The translations under genes were made by a program, and so were the position numbers. The notes under the pieces are model-generated. The model did not search any database and was not told the DNA's origin. It worked only from the letters and a program-made list of their open reading frames with translations. Source: Octopus bimaculoides (taxonomy: Eukaryota). Taken from it: a DNA stretch of 64,000 nucleotides. Positions 35,802 through 48,040 of this stretch are shown piece by piece; within the stretch, counting starts at the first letter, position 1; the number at the start of each line of letters is the position of its first letter. The stretch is taken from the NCBI RefSeq assembly GCF_001194135.2, contig NC_069001.1, positions 22,812,928 through 22,876,927 of the forward strand. The letters are read 5' to 3'.

Positions 35802-36579
35802 TATATTAATAATTATATTAATACCGTTAATGTAGGGATTATTTACAGATTGTGTCTCTTTATATGTATTTTTATTTCTCATGTTTATGTTTATTCCTTG
35901 AATGATTTTAGGGATTTGACCTGAAGTGTGACTGATTTTGGGAGTAAAATCATTTCCCGTTCTAATGAACTCGGATAGAATTTGCTTATGATTTTATATA
36001 GTCCTATTTTAGCCATGAAACACACGTAGTCTATGTACTAGCACTAACTTTTATACATTTATACTTCCATACTTTATATTATCTTATTAATTTTTACTGT
36101 CCAATTTATAAATTTGACTTTTAAGTTTTTTTTTTAATTAATATTTCTATGATTCATTTATATGGTTTATTTATGTAGTATATTATTTAATTTAAATTTT
36201 AGATTAAAATCTTAGATAAATATTGATATGGTATATGCCTCACAGCATGGATTTGGACGGGTTCTGAGTTGACTGAGTTGTAGAGTGGTGATTCGTCTCT
36301 AGATTAGTTATATATTTATATATATATGATGGACTTCTTTCAGTTTTCGTCTATGAAAGCCACTCACAAAGTTATGGTTAGCCCGAAGCTATAGTAGAAG
36401 ACACTTGTCCAAGGTGCCATACAGTAGGACTGAACCATGTGGTTGGGAATCAAGCTTCTTATATAGTCATGCCTGTGCATCTATCTATCTTATCCATCCA
36501 TCCATCTATCTAAAAACATATATATGTGAATACACACACACACATATATACATGCATTTTTATGTGTGTGTATGGCTTG

Positions 36580-36915
36580 TAGGTGCAGGCATAGCTGTGT
36601 GGTAAGAAGTTTGTTTCCCAACCACATGGTTCAGGGTTCAGTCCTACTGTGTGACACCTTGAGTAAGTGCTTTCTGTTGTAGCCTCAAACCGACAAAGCC
36701 TTGTGAGTGGATTTAATAGATGGAAACTGAAGAAGCCCGTTGTATATATGTGTGTCTGTGTTTGTCCCCCGTTACTGCTTGACAACTGGTGTTGGGGTGT
36801 TTACATCCTCATAGCTTAGTGGAATAAATACAAGGCTTAAAAATTAACCCTGGAGTCAGTTTATTCAACTAAAGAAATCCCTTCAAAGTGGCACTCCAGC
36901 TTGGCCACAGTCAAT
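36580..36915 (+). mobile_element. SINE family A (opposite-strand 5' fragment at 36325-36480)
   Basis: Head, body and tail motifs present. Confidence 0.8.
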
Positions 36916-37027
36916 ATATATAAATAGAGAGAAACAAGTATACTTACCTACACATGTCTAAATACTCATAGCTAAAAGTACATACCTTTGCAAGCATATA
37001 AACAGACACATATATTTACATTCATAT

Positions 37028-37087
<60 letters not shown>

Positions 37088-37109
37088 ATCATCTGTATTA
37101 TTATTCCTG

Positions 37110-37290
37110 GATGCACAGGTGGATCTTTTCCCATACAGCATATCACCAATCACCATGGTCGTTTGTCCCCTCTTCCGTGAGATGCAACAATTCCAGATTT
37201 CTTTTCATGATTTCAGCCCAACGGCTCCATTTACTTTCTGAATGTTCAGCCCTTTATTCCGTTGTCCTCCCAAATAAACATCATATGCAT
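37110..37290 (-). mobile_element. RTE LINE C-terminal fragment
   Basis: RWAEIMKRNLELLHLTEEGTNDHGDW*YAVWEKIH. Confidence 0.65.
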
Positions 37291-37639
37291 ATACCAATGC
37301 AGTCTTTTCTTTTGCATATTTAATTTGATTCTTTGTATGTTCAGTTTATTTTTGCTTTCTTGTTCATGCACACTTTCCTTTCCTTGCTCCAAATTGTGTG
37401 TGTGTGTGTGTGCACTTGTGTATCTTTGTTTTAATATTCTCTTATTTTTGTGCTTGTATGGTTTGGTTGGAGTTTGTTGAGGTAGACAGTTTATAGTTGG
37501 ATGCCAGCACTTGCCCGTTTCCAACCATGCTAATATTTCCCCATGGCTGGAAATGCTTTCATAGAAAATTGAAAATGAATAATATTTCTTGTGTAATAAT
37601 CAAACTCATCTAAAGTTATCATGCATGCTGGTGGCTTAA

Positions 37640-37990
37640 TGAGGAGGGAAGTTGTGGAAGATGGAGACCCAGGAAGACATGGGACAGAGGCTGATATCAA
37701 AATGCTGAACTGACAGACGATTGAGATATGTGGTACATCATTGTACTCAAGAAGACCCACTACCACAACAGAATTGAGATCCTATAACCAAGGTGCCATG
37801 TAAAAAGCATTGATGGTAGTGCCACATAAAAGGCACTGGTGATGGTGTCACTTAAAAAGCACCCAGTGTACTCTGTAAGACAGTTGGTATTAGAAAGAGC
37901 ATCCATCCTTAGAAACCAAGCCAAACAGACTATGGAAACTAACCTTGCCAGTTCTTGTCAAACTGTCCAACCCATGCCAGCATAGAAAAA
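37640..37990 (+). mobile_element. RTE LINE 3' coding end plus family C tail
   Basis: GSCGRWRPRKTWD...DMWYIIVLKKT runs directly into the family C tail, tying family C to RTE. Confidence 0.75.
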
Positions 37991-37999
37991 TTGAACAGA

Positions 38000-39580
38000 A
38001 ATGCAACAAAGGAGCAAACAGAAAAGTCCCACATAGGATGGGATGTTGTTAATTCCTCATCAGTTATCACCCAAAATATCCTTACAATTTCACGCCTTTA
38101 ACAATAATAGTGTTCCCTTTTTTGTGGCATCAGTGGTGAGAAACTGCTGGGAATAATGAACAGATAGGGAACAGTGCTGAAAACAGATATAACAAAATGT
38201 CGATATATATAAACAAAATAAAATGAATATACAACCAAAATAAGCCCTGCAGCTCTAAGATGAGATGGATAAATGAAGAAGTTACATTTCAGTCACATTT
38301 CTCTCCTCTCTTCTACTTTCAAAATGGATTGTTTTTTTCACTGTTTTTTATTTTTTTTTGTTTCTAATCCTATAGGACATTTTCCTTGTGTTACCCATCT
38401 TAAAGCTGCACGGCCTTATTTTGCTTGTGTAATGTTTATTTATTTTATTTTGTTTGTATATTCACATAATCATATTTACTTTCATCAGTGTCCCCTGTTC
38501 GTTCACTATTCCCAGCAGATTCTCACCACTGACACCACCAAAAGTGAACAATATTCTCGTTAAAGTTGTGAAATTGCAAGGGTCTTTTGGATGCTAGTTG
38601 ATGAGGAATTAGCAACATCCCATCTTATGTGTGAATTTTCCATTTGTTCCTTTGTTGTGTTTATGTTCAAATTTTGAAATTTATATAAATATGATGGGCT
38701 TCTTTCAGTTTCCATCTACCAAATCCACTCACATTGGTCACCTTGTAGCTTTTGTAGATGTCCAAGGTGCCATGCAGTGGGACTGAACCCAAAACCATGT
38801 GGTTAGGAAGCAAACTTCTTACCACACAGCCACACCTGTGCATATGTGTACATATACTTGTATGAATTGCTATGTATATATAATTCATTTAAATGTTATT
38901 CAAAAGTTTATGACAGTTATATGCATGTATATAAACACACAGACATCCTCCAGTGTATATACACTGTCACAGCTTTCCTTTGTCTGCATGATTATTTCTC
39001 AAGCAAGATTTAATGAGGTGTTATGGGAAAATGATTAAATTATATATTTTTTAAATATGAAAAATTATACATATAAAATTTTGATAATTATACTACATTT
39101 ACTGATTAAATATGTATGTAATTAATAATTTTATGTAGTTTAAATAATCTTTATTTCTTAGCAAAAATATATATAACATTTTAATACATTTTATATTTCA
39201 TATAGAAGTAGCTGTAAAATTCATTAAATGCATGGCAAATAAATAAAAAATATCTCTGGATATTATTGAGTATTCTTTAAATCTGTGGCTCCTTAATATC
39301 TCTGAATATGTATTGTCTTTGTGAGTGGAGTACCATACAATTAGCAAACAACATAATGGTAATATTTTATTGGAACAAATGGAAAATTCACACATAAGAT
39401 GAGGTGTTGCTAATTCCTCATCAACTATCATCCAAAAGATCCTTGCAATTTCACACCTTTAACGAGAATATTGTTCACTTTTTGTGGCTTCAGTGGTGAG
39501 AAACTGCTGGGAATAGTGAAAAAACAGGGGACACTGATGAAAGTAAATATGACTGTGAATATACAAACAAAATAATATTT
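38000..39580. repeat. Three copies of a 200-270-bp local repeat in +/-/+ order
   Basis: Copies at 38000-38265 (+), 38385-38660 (-), 39372-39575 (+); a diverged fourth at ~55815-55915. Confidence 0.85.
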
Positions 39581-39699
39581 TTATAACATTTGAATATAAA
39601 GAAACAGAAAAAAATGAGAGATAAGAAAGGGAAAGAAAAAAAGGTGGGGTAAAGCAGCAGAAGATGGAAGGAGAGGGGTTGATGGGCTACATACCCTTG

Positions 39700-39965
39700 A
39701 ACAAATAGTGTGCTCAGCTGTGCCCTGTGGTAATGACTGCAATGGTGTTGCTGCAGAGAATGACCAGCAACACTTGCTGCAGTAGCCAGTCCACCTCATG
39801 AGGTTCATTTCTCTGACAGGCCACTGTTATCCCTATTTTACAGAGAAAATTAGTAATACAGGGTTCCAGAATACCTGACATCTTGATAGCAACTAGCACA
39901 AACTGGTAACGGTCGGCCAGGACCCTGTACTTGCTGATTTTCAAATAACCGTGTCCAGATATTGA
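39700..39965 (-). mobile_element. CRE-clade non-LTR retrotransposon 3' end (restriction-like endonuclease region)
   Basis: KYRVLADRYQFVLVAIKMSGILEP...FLCKIG...NEPHEVDWLLQQVLLVILCSNTIA resembles FVPVAVETxG..LFQRxSxAIQRGNA. Confidence 0.65.
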
Positions 39966-40184
39966 ATGGACAGTCGTTGTGGTGTCAGATAGATTGTGTT
40001 GTGGCATTCATTCTGGTTCACTTTACACTAATTTCAAATCTTGCCAAGGCAAACATTTCTTTCTTCTTTTCAGGGTCAGTATATGAAGTATGAGTCCAGT
40101 ATTTGAACTTATTCTTCTCCCTGTCCCCAAACCTCTCTGTCTGTCTATCTATGTCTATAAGAAATAATCATCAAAGGCCATAGC

Positions 40185-40535
40185 TGAAGGTCATGGCCAA
40201 CGCCAGTGTAGCATAACTGGCACCTGTGCCAGTGACACGTAAAAAGCACCATTCAAACGTTGGGCCTCACAGTGGCAGTGATAAGTAACTGAGACATTTG
40301 GTGATACACTGTGTTTGAGAAGACCAGTCAAACCAAGGGATATCATAGTCATGGTCGATGCCAGTGTTACATAACTGGCACCCATGCTGGTGGCACGTAA
40401 AAAGTATCCACTTCCACAACACTCTTTGAGTGGCTGGCATTAGGAAGGACATCCAGCTGTAGAAACAAAGCCAAATTAGATTGTACCCTGGTGTAGCTTA
40501 CCAGTTTTCAGTTAAACCATCTAACCCATGCCAGC
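40185..40535 (+). mobile_element. RTE-type LINE 3' UTR/tail (family C)
   Basis: GGCATTAGGAAGGACATCCAGCTGTAGAAAC ... AACCCATGCCAGCATGG; opposite-strand relative at 61005-61200. Confidence 0.75.
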
Positions 40536-41010
40536 ATGGCAACCGCATCTGGTTTCTCACAGATATCCTATATTGTCATTCTAAAAATAAACAATCACAC
40601 CATCAATGTCTTGAAGCTTTGAGTTAATGTATAATTAATTCAAAGCAGAATGAATAAATAAGCCATACATTTCAAAGAGTAATCCGATTGCTAAAGAGTT
40701 GCAGAAAACAGAATGATGATGATGGTGGTGGTCAGACCTGGACTGGAATGGCTTTACTTGGTCCAAAGCATCTCTTATGATATCACCCTTATGACTCCAC
40801 CAAGTAATGGAAACCTTAGGTGTGTTCCTGTTATTCTCATGTAGCTGTAAATAAATACAATAGAACATGAACAAACCTTTCTTTTTCAGTGGGATCACTA
40901 AATATTTGTTCTCTGTTCTAATTTACATTTTTAATTACTAATTCTGCTTCCCCACTGACAACTGAAAAGAACATCTATCCAGTGATACCTTTTATATTCC
41001 ATCTGGTTAA

Positions 41011-41230
41011 CCATTTAGCAATCAGATTACTCTTTGAAATGTACGGCTTATTTATTCATTCTGTTTTGAATTAATTTTACATAAACTCATGGCTTCAAGA
41101 CATTGATAGTGTGATTGTTCATTTTTAGAATGACATTGTAGGATATGTGTGAAAGACCGGATGTGGTTGGTTTGAACATAAAACAGGGAGAAAATTTGGG
41201 CTGGATATGGCCAGTTTAAATGTTAAAGGC
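41011..41230. mobile_element. TTAA-flanked (piggyBac-like) MITE
   Basis: TTAA-CCATTTAGCA ... TGTTAAAGGC-TTAA; inverted partial copy at 40545-40700; further partial copy at 48298-48432. Confidence 0.8.
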
Positions 41231-41727
41231 TTAATGTAACATAATCACATTAACCAGATGTAATTGTTAATATATTAACAAGAGGTAAAAAATAAACTGA
41301 ATAAGTTAGACCATTCAAGAATATAATTGAACATCCTGAAGTAAATATCTCTTCTTAAAACCATTCAATGGAACCTTATTTAGAAAATAGCTAAATTTGT
41401 ATAAATGTATTATAAACTACATAAGAAACATTAGCAAATTAATTAGAAGTTGTTACATAGGTACAATGATAACAATAATTTTTGTTATTATAAATTTGAT
41501 GTTTAATTTGAAATAGAATATCTTTTTAACTATGCTCATGTAATACTTTGTTTCAATGTTTAGATTTCAGTCTATTGATCTCTAGTAACAATTTTGCATT
41601 CACTGTTTATTCTTGTTTATTTGAGTTTGTTAAAAACAGAAAAGATGCAACTTTGAATGAATTTTAACTTAAACATTCAGAATGGAACACGAAGCAGTGG
41701 AAACTCCAAGCAATATTAGCCAAGAAT

Positions 41728-41945
41728 GTGGCAAACCAGCAGAATTGTTACTGCACCAGGCAAAATGCTTAGCAGTATTTCGTGTCTTTATGTTCCAAGT
41801 TCAAATGCCACTGAAGTCTGCTTTGCTTTTCGTCTTTTCAGGGTCAGTAAAACAAGTACTAGTAGAGTACTGAGGTTGATATTATTAATTTACACCCTCC
41901 CCCCAAAATTGCTGGCCTTGTGCCAAAACTTGAAACCAATATGCG
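41728..41945 (+). mobile_element. SINE family B
   Basis: CAGCAGAATTGTTA..AAATGCTTAGCAG..CTTTGCTTTTCGTCTTTTCAGGGTC. Confidence 0.75.
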
Positions 41946-41989
41946 CTAAGAATTGACACATTTGTCGACAAACTTTGGTCTATCAACAA

Positions 41990-42470
41990 AAGTAATGCTC
42001 AACATTATTTCCCAAGATTTCGTAGCAGAGATGAGAACCTTTCAAGGTAAGGAAGGTAGCAGATGGCATTCTGAAATTGACTAATATGGATCTTTTGAAG
42101 GTTATTACTAAAGCAGCCAACTTAGAGGTTACAGAAGAACTAAATGTTGACCATTCAAAGATTGTTTGACACTTGTGCCACAAGACAAAGTCAAAAGGGT
42201 CTGAAAGAAAATGATGATGATGATGATGATGATGATAATAATAATAATATCAAAATTATGAAACCCCTCTGTATACCTTTTGCTTAGCTAAGCAATCCAT
42301 TTCTTGATTCTGTTATGACATACAGCAAAGACAAATGGATTCTTTACGGTGACTGACAACATTCCATGCTGTGATTTGACAGGAGTGAAACATCAAAACA
42401 CTTTGCCAAACTGAAACTGCATCACTTTATGATCACTGTTCGTTGGTCAATAAGTGGAACCCTGAAGTAC
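41990..42470 (+). mobile_element. Mariner transposase relic
   Basis: QHYFPRFRSRDENL..EELNVDHSKIV*HL then FLDSVMTYSKDKWILYGD..KHFAKLKLH..MITVRWS (cf. IVTCDEKWILYDN). Confidence 0.8.
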
Positions 42471-43662
42471 AACCTGAAAAATCAACAAAGTGAAGTAAGG
42501 GCTGTAATGTCTGTGTCCAGCATTGATTCATTGAAATGGGATACTTTTGTTTTCTTCTGACAACACCCAACCACATATTTCACAAATGATTCTGTGGTAA
42601 CTGAATGAATGAAACTATGCTCCATTCATTTGGTTCTCTCACTCTCTCTGACTAACCGTCCTCTAAATGGTTTTTAACAACTAAGCAGCTGCTCTAAAAG
42701 TCTTTGAAGAACTCATAGGATTCTCACTAGCAAATTTTTGTTCTTATTTAAAAAAAAAAAATAAGGAAGAAAGGAAAAATATATAATAAATTATATATGA
42801 CGCCTTAACAGGTTAATTATTTGCTGATACCAAGGTGCAACGATATCCATCGATTTTGTTATGAATTTTAGTGTCACTTGAAACTCCACTTTCTATGCTG
42901 CTAATGTATTTTAATACAAAAGGAAATAAAGAATAAAATATTTTGGGGATATTATTGAGTATTCTCTATAATTGAGGCTCCCTAATATCTCTGAATATGC
43001 ATTTGTCTTTGTGAATGGAGTACCATACTTTTGGCAGACAATACAATGTATTTCTTATTGTCAAGAATATGTAGATTCTAATAGTTACCATTTCAACAAA
43101 TATAATTAATGCTGAGCTTTGATATATCACTTTAAAGTTGATGGCTAAAAATCGCAATTGTTTTTTCACCAACTTGACAAAATATGTCATTTTAATTTTT
43201 TGTAAGAAACCTATTAGTTATGTTCTAAATGCCATCTAAATAATAACGAAGTGAATCATTTCACTAAACCATTCAAGCTGCTGATTATTTTGAAAATTAT
43301 TTAAGTACACAGGATGAATATTTCAAAAGAAATATTGTTGGGAAGAGTTAACTCAACTTTAAAAGTTTCCAAACAATACTGAGCTTCACTATAGTTATCA
43401 GAAATCTGTATTTATACACATAAGTATTCTGTTGACTCAGATGAATATATTAGTCAAAGTTTTAAATTGGATTATTCTAGAGGCCAAATTTCATATATAA
43501 ATTAGGTTTGAATATGTTGCAAAGTGCTTTTTCCTTTGTATACTTCTGACTTATACAGCTGTGTAGCTAAGAGTTGCACCTCATTATTACATGGCTTATG
43601 AAATTTGTTTGATAGAAATTGTGTGGAAGCTGACTGGCTCAATCAATTAATTGCTCCATCTA

Positions 43663-43708
<46 letters not shown>

Positions 43709-44219
43709 CACACACACACATTTGAAGGAGGTTCTGAAAAATCTGACATTGGACAAAAAAATAGCGAGTATTTAGTTTAACACAAGTTGCATTCCTTTTC
43801 ACCCAGTTTCCCTCTGATTTCCTTATTTAATAAGAAAAGAAAATAAGGATTAAAGTACTGGGTCAGTAGTTTGAAGGGTAAAAATGTAGGAAAAGAAAAG
43901 AAGCTGAATTGAAAGCAACTTAGTGGAAGTCTGTAGGCAAGCAATATAATAATAACGAATAAATGTTGTTTATTATTTAATAAACATTTTATGCACAATA
44001 TGATATATACAGAACTTATAGTAGAAACTTAAGATAAACTTAATGTTGTTAAACTCATATTGAAAAACTTCATTGTGAAATCATAAGTGTGGGAAAGAAA
44101 TTTGCTTATGGGGTGCCAACCCAGGTTCAACACAGGATATTCAAAGTGTTTTCATTGCCCTCCCAGAATTTTAGAGGTTGCAAGCACACCCACTGTCCCC
44201 AAGCCTATATGTGAAACAT

Positions 44220-44605
44220 AAGCAGGCATGACTGTGTGGTAAGAAGGTTGCTTCCCAACCATGTGGTCTCCAGTTCAGTCCTACTGTGTGGCACCTTGAG
44301 CAAATGTCTTCTACTATAGCCTCAGGCCAACCAAAGCCTTGTGAATGGATATGGTAGATGGAAACTAAAAGAAGCCCATCGTGTATGTGTGTCTTTGTGT
44401 CTGTGTTTATCTCTCCACCACTTGACAACCAGTGTTGATGTGTTTTTGTGCCCTTAACTAAGTGGTTCAGCAAAAGAGACTGAATAAGTACAAGACTTTA
44501 AAGAAAAAGTAAGCACTGAGGTCACTTTGTTCAACTAAAACTTCTTCAATGCAGTGCTCCAGCATGGCCACAGTCTAATGACTGAAACAAGTAAAAGAGT
44601 GAAAG
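44220..44605 (+). mobile_element. SINE family A
   Basis: Full head, body and tail. Confidence 0.85.
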
Positions 44606-44860
44606 ATAGATGTAAACACATCTTGGTATTCCCTCCATTCACATAAATAAAAAAAAAAACGGAAATTGATTGTACATATTTCATACTCTTAATTATTCAT
44701 TACAACGTGAACTCAGAGCAATTGGTGTTTATATCAAACAGTAACCGAAACATGGTCGAAGTGATTCATGTTAGGATTGTGCACCAGAAAATGGAAGTTA
44801 AATTTAATGTAGTTAAATTATTGCTTATAGTCTTACCATGAAATGTAAACAAAAGTAAAT

Positions 44861-45970
44861 GTTTAGGCATAGGAGTGGCTGTGTGGTAAGTAGCTTGCTT
44901 ACCAACCACATGGTCCCGGGTTCAGTCCCACTGCATGGCATCTTGGGCAAGTGTCTTCTACTATAGCCTCGAGCCGACCAATGCCTTGTGAGTGGATTTG
45001 GTAGACGGAAACTGAAAGAAGCCTGTCGTATATATGTATATATATATGTATGTGTGTATGTGTTTGTATGCCTGTGTTTGTCCCCCCAACATCGCTTGAC
45101 AACCGATGCTGGTGTGTTTATGTCCCTGTAACTTAGCGGTTCAGCAAAAGAGACCGAAAGAATAAGTACTAGGCTTCCAAAGAATAAGTCCTGGGGTCGA
45201 TTTGCTCGACTAAAGGCGGTGCCCCAGGATGGCGACAGTCAAAAGACTGANNNNNNNNNNNNNNNNNNNNNNNNNNNNNNNNNNNNNNNNNNNNNNNNNN
45301 NNNNNNNNNNNNNNNNNNNNNNNNNNNNNNNNNNNNNNNNNNNNNNNNNNNNNNNNNNNNNNNNNNNNNNNNNNNNNNNNNNNNNNNNNNNNNNNNNNNN
45401 NNNNNNNNNNNNNNNNNNNNNNNNNNNNNNNNNNNNNNNNNNNNNNNNNNNNNNNNNNNNNNNNNNNNNNNNNNNNNNNNNNNNNNNNNNNNNNNNNNNN
45501 NNNNNNNNNNNNNNNNNNNNNNNNNNNNNNNNNNNNNNNNNNNNNNNNNNNNNNNNNNNNNNNNGTTTAGGCATAGGAGTGGCTGTGTGGTAAGTAGCTT
45601 GCTTACCAACCACATGGTCCCGGGTTCAGTCCCACTGCATGGCATCTTGGGCAAGTGTCTTCTACTATAGCCTCGAGCCGACCAATGCCTTGTGAGTGGA
45701 TTTGGTAGACAGAAACTGAAAGAAGCCCGTTGTATATATGTATATATGTGTATGCGTGTGTATATGTTGTGTATCTGTGTTTGTCCTTCTAATATCGCTT
45801 GACAACCGATGCTGGTGTGTTGAGGTCCCCATTACTTAGTGGTTCGGCAAATGAGTCTGATAGAATAAGTACTAGGCTTACAAAGAATAAGTCCTGGGGT
45901 CGATTTGATTCGACTAAAGGTGGTGCTCCAGCATGGCCACAGTCAAATGACTGAAGCAAGTAAAAGAGTA
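44861..45970 (+). mobile_element. Two SINE family A copies flanking an N gap (possibly one locus assembled twice)
   Basis: 44861-45006 is identical to 45565-45710, including the upstream flank. Confidence 0.75.
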
Positions 45971-46079
45971 TTACTATACATCTAATAAGCTGACCTGCCA
46001 GCTTTCTTTTTTTTTTTATTCTGGACTGAAGGAGACAGCTGTAATGACAGTTTGAACATACTCTGCTAAACACTGTTTG

Positions 46080-47822
46080 TCACAGCTGCCTAGTTCACAG
46101 AATGCAGTCAGGACATGAAGAAAATTTGGGAGTTAACTACACAAAGTTTTGAAATAAACTGGGGAAAATGCTATAGAATATTATGAAATGCTCGAGACTG
46201 CTTATGGATTAACTTGTATGAGCTGAGCATCTATTTTTTTGCAGGTACAAGCAGTTTAAGAATGGTAGAGAGCAGGTGAGAGATGATGAAAGGTATGGGA
46301 CTGAAGGGGGGTATCAGAACACCAGAGCTGGTTGATTGAAAAAATTCACAGCTTTCTGGGTGAAGATTGTCATGGACCTATCAAAGCAATTAGTTTGAAG
46401 CTGGTGTGGCAACTGTACACAGAATTATTCATGAAACTCTGAATATGTGCAAAATTTGTTCCCAAAGTGCTCAGTGACAGGCAGAAGGAAATACATGTTG
46501 GCTATTTCTTTACTGCCCAGAAGGGGCTACACACAGAGGGCACAAACAAGGACAGACAAACGGATTAAGTTGATTATATCGACCCACTGCGTAACTGGTA
46601 CTTATTTAATCGACCCCAAAAGGATGAAAGGCAAAGTCGACCTCGGCGGAATTTGAACTCAGAACGTAGCGGCAGACGAAATACTGCTAAGCATTTCGCC
46701 CGGCGTGCTAACGTTTCTTATTTCTTTACTGCCCACAAGGGGCTACACACAGAGGAGACAAANNNNNNNNNNAATCGACCCCAAAAGGATGAAAGGCAAA
46801 GTCGACCTCGGCGGAATTTGAACTCAGAACGTAGCGGCAGACGAAATACTGCTAAGCATTTCGCCCGGCGTGCTAACGTTTCTTATTTCTTTACTGCCCA
46901 CAAGGGGCTACACACAGAGGAGACAAATGGATTAAGTCGATTATATCGACCCCAGTGCATAACTGGTATTTATTTAATCGACCCCGAAAGGATGAAAGGC
47001 AAAGTTGACCTCGGCAGAATTTGAACTCAGATTGTAGCGTCAGACGAAATACCGCTAAGCATTTCGCATGGTGTGCTAACGTTTCTACCAGCTGCCAACT
47101 TAGGAAATACATGTTGGTGACAACAGGAAAATGGTTGAGCTCATTGCCACTAATCCAAGAGTACTTGAGTTTCTGGTGACCTGTGTCAAAAGTTGGTTCT
47201 ACCATTATGACCCAGAGACCAAGGGACAGAGTACCAAATGAAAGCATCCTGACTCCCACAGATCCAAGAACACCAAGCAAAGTGAATCTACTGGGAAGCT
47301 CATAATGATATCCTTTCCCGACAGCAAGGGCATCATATACATCCACAGGGCTCCTTCTGGCCAGACAGTCAACAAAGAGTACTTTGTAGAGATTTTGAGC
47401 AAGTTCAAGAAGAGGTATTGCTGCAAAAGGTTAGAACTCCTCCACTCAGGAACCTGTATCAGGACAATGCACAATTCCACAATTCTATTCTGATGACCAA
47501 CTTACTTGACTGGGACGAGCATCAAAATTATTCCTCACCCTCCACACAGTGCAGGCCTTGATTTCTATGATTTTTTGGGTTGTTCCTCAAGCTGAAGGTG
47601 AACCACAGAAACAGTCATTTTGAAGACCTTGAGAAGCTGAAGAAGACAAAAAGGAAATCCTTCACTTTGGAGGAATTCCATGGGGCCTTCACAGAGTAGC
47701 TGGAGTGCAACAAGTGCATTGAAGTCGAGGAATCCTGCTTTGATGGAGATTTGTACTTTTATCAAATTAATAAATGTTTCTTCTGAAAAAAGTCTCAAAA
47801 TCTCTGGAATGTTACTTCATGT
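46080..47822 (+). mobile_element. Near full-length degenerate mariner interrupted by a SINE-B multimer
   Basis: KLGKNAIEYYEMLETAYG..FKNGREQVRDDER..(F)VPKVLSDRQKEIHV | LVTCVKSWFYHYDPETK..MISFPDSKGII..QTVNKEYF..YQDNA..PHPPHSAGL. Confidence 0.9.
46502..47101 (-). mobile_element. SINE family B head-to-tail multimer with 16-bp TSD
   Basis: AGGAAATACATGTTGG at 46486-46501 and 47102-47117; about 3 units, with a 10-N gap inside. Confidence 0.9.
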
Positions 47823-47874
47823 CTTGGAAAGCAAATCAATGATCAAAATGTTCCAACTGAGACGATTTATCTTT

Positions 47875-48040
47875 ACTCAGCATAAACCCCAGTGCTTTAC
47901 TGGTACTTACTTTATCAACTTTGAAAGGATGAAAGGCAAAGTCGACTTCAGTGGAATTTGAACCCAGAACACGAAGACAGATGAAATACTGCTAAGCAGT
48001 TCACCCGGCATATTAACAATTCTGCCAGTTCAGCACCTTA
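47875..48040 (-). mobile_element. SINE family B
   Basis: GGATGAAAGGCAAAGTCGACTTCAGTGGAATTTGAAC. Confidence 0.8.

Noticed and set aside
37110-37235. Plus-strand exon candidate (CACAG|GTGGAT, 40 open codons)
   Set aside because: The opposite strand is an RTE C-terminal fragment, which explains the open frame.
44861-45710. 146-bp perfect duplication around a gap
   Set aside because: Identical sequence including unique flank on both sides of an N gap is typical of scaffolding or haplotype artefacts.
46710-46925. Exact three-unit count of the SINE-B multimer
   Set aside because: The 10-N gap and identical neighbouring units mean the middle unit may be assembled twice; only multimer status is kept.
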